Assembly: GCF_964355755.1 (NCBI RefSeq)
Contig: NC_092678.1
Location: forward strand, 11,034,352 to 11,098,351
Length of the DNA stretch: 64,000 nucleotides
Reading direction: 5' to 3'
Source of the DNA: Antedon mediterranea
Taxonomy: Eukaryota > Animalia > Echinodermata
Shown here: one piece after another, positions 55,125 through 64,000 of the stretch
Layout of the letters: each line of letters begins with the position of its first letter
How positions within the stretch are numbered: position 1 is the first letter of the stretch
Position numbers and translations under genes: made by a program
Notes under the pieces: model-generated
Seen by the model: only the letters and a program-made list of their open reading frames with translations
Told to the model about the DNA's origin: nothing
The model's database searches: none

Positions 55125-58100
55125 CCGCAAACCAGTAGATAACCGAAGAGCTGATAATAGTCTATTTATATGAATTGGATGATCAATCAATGAAAAATAA
55201 TGCCATGCAACTTTGTTTCTGATTTTAAAAAAGGTTCACTTGTTTAAGCCTGACAGTTGCAACTATAACAATATCTCACTTTCAAAAACAATATTTATTT
55301 TCGAATAAAAAAAAGAAAACAAAATATCCCTAGTAGTTCGAAACCACTATTGAGAGCACTAAAACCTGAGCATTACCCGTTACGCTGCAAACCAGTAGAT
55401 GACTGAAGAGCTGATAATAATCTATTTATATGAAATGGATAATCAATCAATGAAAAATAATGCCATGCAACTTTGTTTCTGATTTTAAAAAAGGTTCACT
55501 TGTTTAGGCCTGACAGTTGCAACCCTCAAAATATCTCACTTCGAAAAGCAATATCTATTTTCAATAAAAAAAAAAAGAAAAAACATTCCCGTAGAGGTTC
55601 GAACCAGCTACTGAGAGCACTCAAACCTGAGCATTACCCGTTACGCCACAAACCAGTAGATAACTAAAGAGCTGATAATAGTCTATTTATATGAAATGAA
55701 TGATCAATCATTGAAAAATAATGCCATGCAACTTTGTTTCTGATTTTAAAAAAGGTCCACTTGTTTAGGCCTGATATTTACAACCCTCAAAATATCTCAC
55801 TTTCATAAACAATATTTATTTTCAATTTTAAAAAAATAAAAAATTCCGAGAGGTTCGAACCCACTACTGAGAGCACTCAAACCTGAGTATTACCCGTTAC
55901 GCCACAAACCAGTAGATGACTGAGGAGCTGATAATAGTCTATTTATATGAAATGAATGATCAATCAATGAAAAATAATGCCATGCAACTTTGTTTCTGAT
56001 TTTAAAAAAGGTCCACTTGTTTAGGCCTGACATTTACAACCCTCAAAATATCTCACTTTCAAAAACCATATTTATTTTCAATTTAAAAAAAAAAGAAAAA
56101 AAATATCCCTAGAGGTTATACCCACTACTTAGAGCACTCAAACCTGAGCATTACCCGTTACGCCACAAACCAGTAGAGGACTGAAGAGCTGATAATAGTC
56201 TATTTATATGAAATGGATGATCAATCAATGAAAAATAATGCCATGCAACTTTGTTTCTGATTTTAAAAAAGATCCATTTGTTTAGGCCTGACATTTACAA
56301 CCCTCAAAATATCTCATTTTCAAAAAAAATATTTATTTTCAATAAGAAAATAAGCAATATCCTTAGAGGTTGGAACCCACTACTGAGAGCACTCAACCCT
56401 GGGTATTATCCGTTACGCCACAAACCAGTAGATGACTGAAGTGCTGATAATATGAAATTAATGATCAATCAATGAAAAATAATGCCATGCAACTTTGTTT
56501 CTGATTTTAAAAAAGGTCCACTTCTTTAGGCCTGACATTTACAACCCTCAAAATATCTCATTTAAAAAAAAAATATTTATTTTCAATTAAAAAAAAAAAG
56601 AAAAAAAAAATATCCCTAGAGGTTCCAACCCACTACTGAGAGCACTCAGACCTGAGTATTACCCGTTACGCCACAAACCAGTAGATGACCGAGGAGCTAA
56701 TAATAGTCTATTTATATGAAATGAATGATCAATCAATGAAAAATAATGTTATGAAACTTTGTTTCTCATTTTTAAAAAGGTCCACTTGTTCAGGCCTGAT
56801 ATTTACAACCCTCAAAATATCTCACTTTCAAAAACAATATTTATTTTCAATAAAAAAAATCCCTAGAGGTTCGAACCCACTACTGAGAGCACTCAAACCT
56901 GAGCATTATCCGTTACGCCACAAACCAGTAGATGACTGAGGAGCTGATAATAGTCTATTTATATGAAATGAATGATCAATCAATGCAAAATAATGCCATG
57001 CAACTTTGTTTCTGATTTTAAAAATGGTCCACTTGTTTAGGCCTGACATTAACAACCCTCAAAATATCTCACTTTCAAAAACAATATTTATTTTCAATTT
57101 AAAAAAAAATAAATAAAAATATCCTTAGAGGTGCGAATCCACTACTGCGAGCACTCAAACTTGAGCATTACCCACTCCGCCACAAACCAGTAGATGACTG
57201 AAAAGCTAATAATACTCTATTTATATGAAATGAATAATAAATCAATGAAAAATAATGCCATGCAACTTTGTTTCTGATTTTAAAAAAGGTCCACCTGTTT
57301 AGGCCTGACATTTACAACCCCTAAAAATATCTCACTTTCAAAAACAATATTTATTTTCAATTTAAAAAAAAAAAGAAAAAAAATATCCCAAGAGGTTCAA
57401 ACCAACTACTGAGAGAACTCAAACCTGAGCATTACCGGTTACGCCACAAACCAGTAGATGACTGAAGAGATCATATTAGTCTATTTATATGAAATGAATG
57501 ATCAATCAATGTAAAACGATGTTATGCAACTTTGTTTCTGATTTTAAAAAAGGTTCACTTGGTTAGGCATGACATTCACAACCATAAAAATATCTCACTT
57601 TCAAAAACAATATTTAATTTCAATTAAAAAAAAAAGAAAAAGATACCCGTATAGGTTCGAACCCACTGCTGAGAGCATTCAAACCTGAGCATTACCCGTT
57701 ACGCCAGAAACCAGTAGATGAATGAAGAGCTGATAATGGGTCTATTTATATGAAATGAATGATCAATCAATGAAAAATAATGTTATGTAACTATGTTTCT
57801 GATTTTAAAAAAGGTCCACTTGTTTAAGCCTGACATTTACAACCATAACAATATCTCACTTTCAAAAACAATATTTATTTTCAATTAAAAAAAAAAGAAA
57901 AAATATCCCTAGAGGATCGAAACCACTATTGAGAGCACTCAAATCTGAGCATTACCCGTTACGCCACAAACCAGTAGATGACTGAAGAGCTGATAATAGT
58001 CTATTTATATGAATGGATGATCAATCAATGAAAAATAATGCTATGCAACTTTGTTTCTGATTTTTAAAAAGGTCCACTTGGTTAGGCCTGACATTTACAA

Positions 58101-58239
58101 CCATAAAAATATCTCACTTTCAAAAACAATATTTATTTTCAATAATAAAAAAAGAAAAAAAATTCCCGTACGAAGAGCACTCAAACCTGAGCATTACCCG
58201 TTACGCCACAAACCAGTAGATGACTGAGGAGCTGATAAT
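55125..58239 (-). repeat. ~258-bp tandem repeat, 12 units, each with a tRNA-like Pol III cassette on the minus strand
   Basis: ACCAGTAG occurs at 55131, 55391, 55652, 55908, 56169, 56424, 56677, 56924, 57186, 57450, 57710, 57970 and 58212. The minus strand reads TGGCGTAACGGG (A box)...GGTTCGAACC (B box, intact in only some units)...poly-T. Confidence 0.93.
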
Positions 58240-61200
58240 TGAGTTGTACCATTGAATGGAACAAAATGATTGATTTCTGGCCATTGTATTGAGTTGTACC
58301 ATTGAATGGAACAAAATGATTGATTACTGGCCATTGTATTGAGTTGTACCATTGAATGGAACAAAATGATTGATTTCTGGCCATTGTATTGAGTTGTACC
58401 ATTGAATGGAACAAAATGATTGATTACTGGCCATTGTATTGAGTTGTACCATTGAATGAAACAAAATGATTGATAACTGGCAATTGCATTGAGTTGTACC
58501 ATTAAATGGAACAAAATGATTAATTACTGGCCATTGTATTGAGTTGTACCATTGAATGGAACAAATGATTAATTACTGGCCATTGTATTGAGTTGTACCA
58601 TTGAATGGAACAAAATGGTTAATTACCGGCCATTGTATTGAGTTGTACCATTGAATGGAACAAAATGATTAATAACTGGCCTTTGTATTGAGTTGTACCA
58701 TTGAATGGAACAAAATGATTAATTACTGGCCATTGTATTGAATTGTACCATTGAATGGAACAAAGTGATTAATTATTGGCCATTGTATTGAGTTGTACCA
58801 TTGAATGGAACGAAATGATTAATTAATGGCCATTGTATTGAGTTGTACTATTGAATGGAACAAAACGATTAATTACTAACCATTGTATTGAGTTGTACTA
58901 TTGAATGGAACAAAATGATTAATTACTAATCATTGTATTGAGTTGTACCATTGAATGGAACAAAATGATTAATTACTGGCCATTGTATTGAGTTGTACCA
59001 TTGAATGGAACAAAATGATTAATTACTGGCCATTGTATTGAATTGTACCATTGAATGGAACAAAATGATTAATTACTGGCCATTGTATTGAGTTGTATCA
59101 TTGAATGGAACAAAATGATTAATTACTGGCCATTGTATTGAGTTGTACCATTGAAGAGAACAAAATTATTAAAAACTGGCCATTGTATTGAGTTGTACCA
59201 TTGAATGGAACAAAATGATTAATTATTAGCCATTGTATTGAGTTGTACCATTGAATGGAACAAAATGATTAATTACTTGCCATTATATTGAGTTGTACCA
59301 TTGAATGGAAAAAATGATTAATTGCTGGCCATTGTATTGAGTTGTACCATTGAATGGAACAAAATGATTAATTGCTGGCCATTGTATTGAGTTGTACCAT
59401 TGAATGGAACAAAATGATTAATTACTGGCCATTGTATTGAGTTGTACCATTGAATGGAACAAAATGATTAATTACTGGCCATTGTATTGAGTTGTACCAT
59501 TGAATGGAACAAAATGATTAATTACTGGCCATTGTATTGAGTTGTACCATTTAATGGAACAAAATGGTTAATTACTGGCCATTGTATTGAGTTGTACCAT
59601 TGAATGGAACAAAATGATTAATTACTGGCCATTGTATTGAGTTTTACCATTGAATGGAACAAAATGATTAATTACTGGCCATTGTATTGAGTTGTACCAT
59701 TGAATGGAACAAAATGATTAATTACTGGCCATTGTATTGAGTTGTACCATTGAATGGAACAAAATGATTAATTATTAGCCATTGTATTGAGTTGTACCAT
59801 TGAATGGAACAAAATGATTAATTACTTGCCATTATATTGAGTTGTACCATTGAATGGAACAAAATGATTAATTGCTGGCCATTATATTGAGTTGTACCAT
59901 TGAATGGAACAAAATGATTAATTGCTGGCCATTGTATTGAGTTGTACCATTGAATGGAACAAAATGATTAATTACTGGCCTTTGTATTGAGTTGTACCAT
60001 TGAATGGAACAAAATGATTAATTACTGGCCATTGTATTGAATTGTACCATTGAATGGAACAAAGTGATTAATTATTGGCCATTGTATTGAGTTGTACCAT
60101 TGAATGGAACAAAATGATTAATTACTGGCCTTTGTATTGAGTTGTACCATTGAATGGAACAAAATGATTAATTACTGGCCATTGTATTGAATTGTACCAT
60201 TGAATGGAACAAAGTGATTAATTATTGGCCCATGTATTGAGTTGTACCATTGAATGGAACGAAATGATTAATTAATGGCCATTGTATTGAGTTGTACTAT
60301 TGAATGGAACAAAACGATTAATTACTAACCATTGTATTGAGTTGTACTATTGAATGGAACAAAATGATAAATTACTAATCATTGTATTGAGTTGTACCAT
60401 TGAATGGAACAAAATGATTAATTACTGGCCATTGTATTGAGTTGTACCATTGAATGGAACAAAATGATTAATTACTGGCCATTGTATTGAATTGTACCAT
60501 TGAATGGAACAAAATGATTAATTACTGGCCATTGTATTGAGTTGTATCATTGAATGGAACAAAATGATTAATTACTGGCCATTGTATTGAGTTGTACCAT
60601 TGAAGAGAACAAAATTATTAAAAACTGGCCATTGTATTGAGTTGTACCATTGAATGGAACAAAATGATTAATTATTAGCCATTGTATTGAGTTGTACCAT
60701 TGAATGGAACAAAATGATTAATTACTTGCCATTATATTGAGTTGTACCATTGAATGGAAAAAATGATTAATTGCTGGCCATTGTATTGAGTTGTACCATT
60801 GAATGGAACAAAATGATTAATTGCTGGCCATTGTATTGAGTTGTACCATTGAATGGAACAAAATGATTAATTACTGGCCATTGTATTGAGTTGTACCATT
60901 GAATGGAACAAAATGATTAATTACTGGCCATTGTATTGAGTTGTACCATTGAATGTAACAAAATGATTAATTACTGGCCATTGTATTGAGTTGTACAATT
61001 TAATGGAACAAAATGGTTAATTACTGGCCATTGTATTGAGTTGTACCATTGAATGGAACAAAATGATTAATTACTGGCCATTGTATTGAGTTTTACCATT
61101 GAATGGAACAAAATGATTAATTACTGGCCATTGTATTGAGTTGTACCATTGAATGGAACAAAATGATTAATTACTGGCCATTGTATTGAGTTGTACCATT

Positions 61201-64000
61201 GAATGGAACAAAATGATTAATTATTAGCCATTGTATTGAGTTGTACCATTGAATGGAACAAAATGATTAATTACTTGCCATTATATTGAGTTGTACCATT
61301 GAATGGAACAAAATGATTAATTGCTGGCCATTGTATTGAGTTGTACCATTTAATGGAACAAAATGATTAATTGCTGGCCATTGTATTGAGTTGTACCATT
61401 GAATGGAACAAAATGATTAATTACTGGCCATTGTATTGAGTTGTACCATTGAATGGAACAAAATGATTAATTACTGGCCATTGTATTGAGTTGTACCATT
61501 GAATGGAACAAAATGATTAATTACTGGCCATTGTATTGAATTTTACCATTTAATGGAACAAAATGGTTAATTACTGGCCATTGTATTGAGTTGTACCATT
61601 GAATGGAACAAAATGATTAATTACTGGCCATTGTATTGAGTTGTACCATTGAATGGAACTAAATGATTAATTACTGGCCATTGTATTGAGTTGTACCATT
61701 GAATGGAACAAAATGATTAATTACTGGCCATTGTATTGAGTGGTACCATTGAATGGAACAAAATGATTAATTACTGGCCATTATATTTAGTTGTACCATT
61801 GAATGGAACAAAATGATTAATTATTAGCCATTGTATTGAGTTGTATCATCGAATGGAACAAAATGATTAATTGCTGGCCATTGTATTGAGTTGTACCATT
61901 CAATGGAACAAAATGATTAATTACAGGCCATTGTATTGAGTTGTACCATTGAATGGAACAAATGATTAATTACTGGCCATTGTATTGAGATTTACCATTG
62001 AATGGAATAAAATGATTAATTACTGGCCATTGTATTGAGTTGTACCATTGAATGGAACAAAATGATTAATTACTTACCATTGTATTGAGTTGTACTATTG
62101 AATGGAACAAAATGATTAATTGCCGGCCATTGTATTGAGTTGTACCATTGAATGGAACAAAATGATTAATTACTGCCCATTGTATTGAGTTTTACCATTG
62201 AATGGAACAAAATGATTAATTACTTACCATTGTATTGAGTTGTACCATTGAATGGAACAAAATGATTAATTACTGGCCATTGTATTGAGTTGTACTATTG
62301 AATGGAACAAAATGATTAATTACTGGCCATTGTATTGAGTTGTACTATTGAATGGAACAAAATGATTAATTACTGGCCATTGTATTGAGTTGTACCATTG
62401 AATGGAACAAATGATTATTTACTAACCATTGTATTTAGTTGTGCCATTGAATGGAACAAAATGATTAATTGCTGGCCATTGTATTGAGTTGTACCATTCA
62501 ATGGAACAAAGTGATTAATTATTGGCCATTGTATTGAGTTGTACCATTGAATGGAACAAAATGATTAATTACTGGCCTTTGTATTGAGTTGTACCATTGA
62601 ATGGAACAAAATGATTAATTACTGGCCATTGTATTGAATTGTACCATTGAATGGAACAAAGTGATTAATTATTGGCCCATGTATTGAGTTGTACCATTGA
62701 ATGGAACGAAATGATTAATTAATGGCCATTGTATTGAGTTGTACTATTGAATGGAACAAAACGATTAATTACTAACCATTGTATTGAATTGTACCATTGA
62801 ATGGAACAAAGTGATTAATTATTGGCCCATGTATTGAGTTGTACCATTGAATGGAACGAAATGATTAATTAATGGCCATTGTATTGAGTTGTACCATTGA
62901 ATGGAACAAAATGATTAATTACTTACCATTGTATTGAGTTGTACTATTGAATGGAACAAAATGATTAATTGCCGGCCATTGTATTGAGTTGTACCATTGA
63001 ATGGAACAAAATGATTAATTACTGCCCATTGTATTGAGTTTTACCATTGAATGGAACAAAATGATTAATTACTTACCATTGTATTGAGTTGTACCATTGA
63101 ATGGAACAAAATGATTAATTACTGGCCATTGTATTGAGTTGTACTATTGAATGGAACAAAATGATTAATTACTGGCCATTGTATTGAGTTGTACCATTGA
63201 ATGGAACAAATGATTATTTACTAACCATTGTATTTAGTTGTGCCATTGAATGGAACAAAATGATTAATTGCTGGCCATTGTATTGAGTTGTACCATTCAA
63301 TGGAACAAAGTGATTAATTATTGGCCATTGTATTGAGTTGTACCATTGAATGGAACAAAATGATTAATTACTGGCCTTTGTATTGAGTTGTACCATTGAA
63401 TGGAACAAAATGATTAATTACTGGCCATTGTATTGAATTGTACCATTGAATGGAAAAAAGTGATTAATTATTGGCCCATGTATTGAGTTGTACCATTGAA
63501 TGGAACGAAATGATTAATTAATGGCCATTGTATTGAGTTGTACTATTGAATGGAACAAAACGATTAATTACTAACCATTGTATTGAGTTGTACTATTGAA
63601 TGGAACAAAATGATTAATTACTAATCATTGTATTGAGTTGTACCATTGAATGGAACAAAATGATTAATTACTGGCCATTGTATTGAGTTGTACCATTGAA
63701 TGGAACAAAATGATTAATTACTGGCCATTGTATTGAATTGTACCATTGAATGGAACAAAATGATTAATTACTGGCCATTGTATTGAGTTGTACCATTGAA
63801 TGGAACAAAATGATTAATTGCTGGCCATTGTATTGAGTTGTACCATTGAATGGAACAAAATGATTAATTGCTGGCCATTGTATTGAGTTGTACCATTGAA
63901 TGGAACAAAATGATTAATTACTGGCCATTGTATTGAGTTGTACCATTGAATGGAACAAAATGATTAATTACTGGCCATTGTATTGAGTTGTACCATTGAA
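58238..64000. repeat. Sat50 tandem satellite array 3 (distinct variant set), runs off the right edge
   Basis: Same 50-bp monomer but without the 80-bp and 85-bp variant monomers. It has a 1449-bp duplication (TTGAAGAGAACAAAATTATTAAAAACT at 59151 and 60600; CAAAACGATT at 58861 and 60310). Confidence 0.98.

Noticed and set aside
55125-58239. Bona fide tRNA gene cluster or 5S rDNA array
   Set aside because: No pairing acceptor stem or canonical anticodon arm could be built, several B boxes are mutated, and I recognise no 5S similarity. The ORFs here are also artefacts.

Overview
This is a very AT-rich, gene-free, satellite-dominated region that looks like eukaryotic (probably invertebrate) heterochromatin. 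About 58% of the window is a 50-bp satellite (Sat50) in three arrays: 1-21426, 36971-47509 and 58238-64000. These arrays carry kb-scale higher-order duplications with periods of 6278, 4518 and 1449 bp. A 15.5-kb block of a second satellite with ~77-88-bp multi-type monomers (Sat88) interrupts Sat50. A central island (47.5-58.2 kb) holds a ~2.1-kb Helentron/DINE-1-type non-autonomous element containing a decayed LINE 3' end and a tRNA-like A/B-box unit, a 36-bp minisatellite, and a ~185-bp hairpin-bearing satellite. That satellite is itself hit by a 618-bp solo LTR with an ATAT target-site duplication, a short Sat88 block with a templated inversion, and a ~195-bp HINE-like element. The island ends with a 12-copy ~258-bp tandem array in which each unit has a Pol III A box, B box and poly-T on the minus strand. 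No intact protein-coding gene is supported, and the supplied ORFs are repeat artefacts. I see no clear new protein-based system. The most notable items are the tRNA-like Pol III satellite, the cargo-laden Helentron-type element, and the evidence that Sat88 blocks insert into other satellites.
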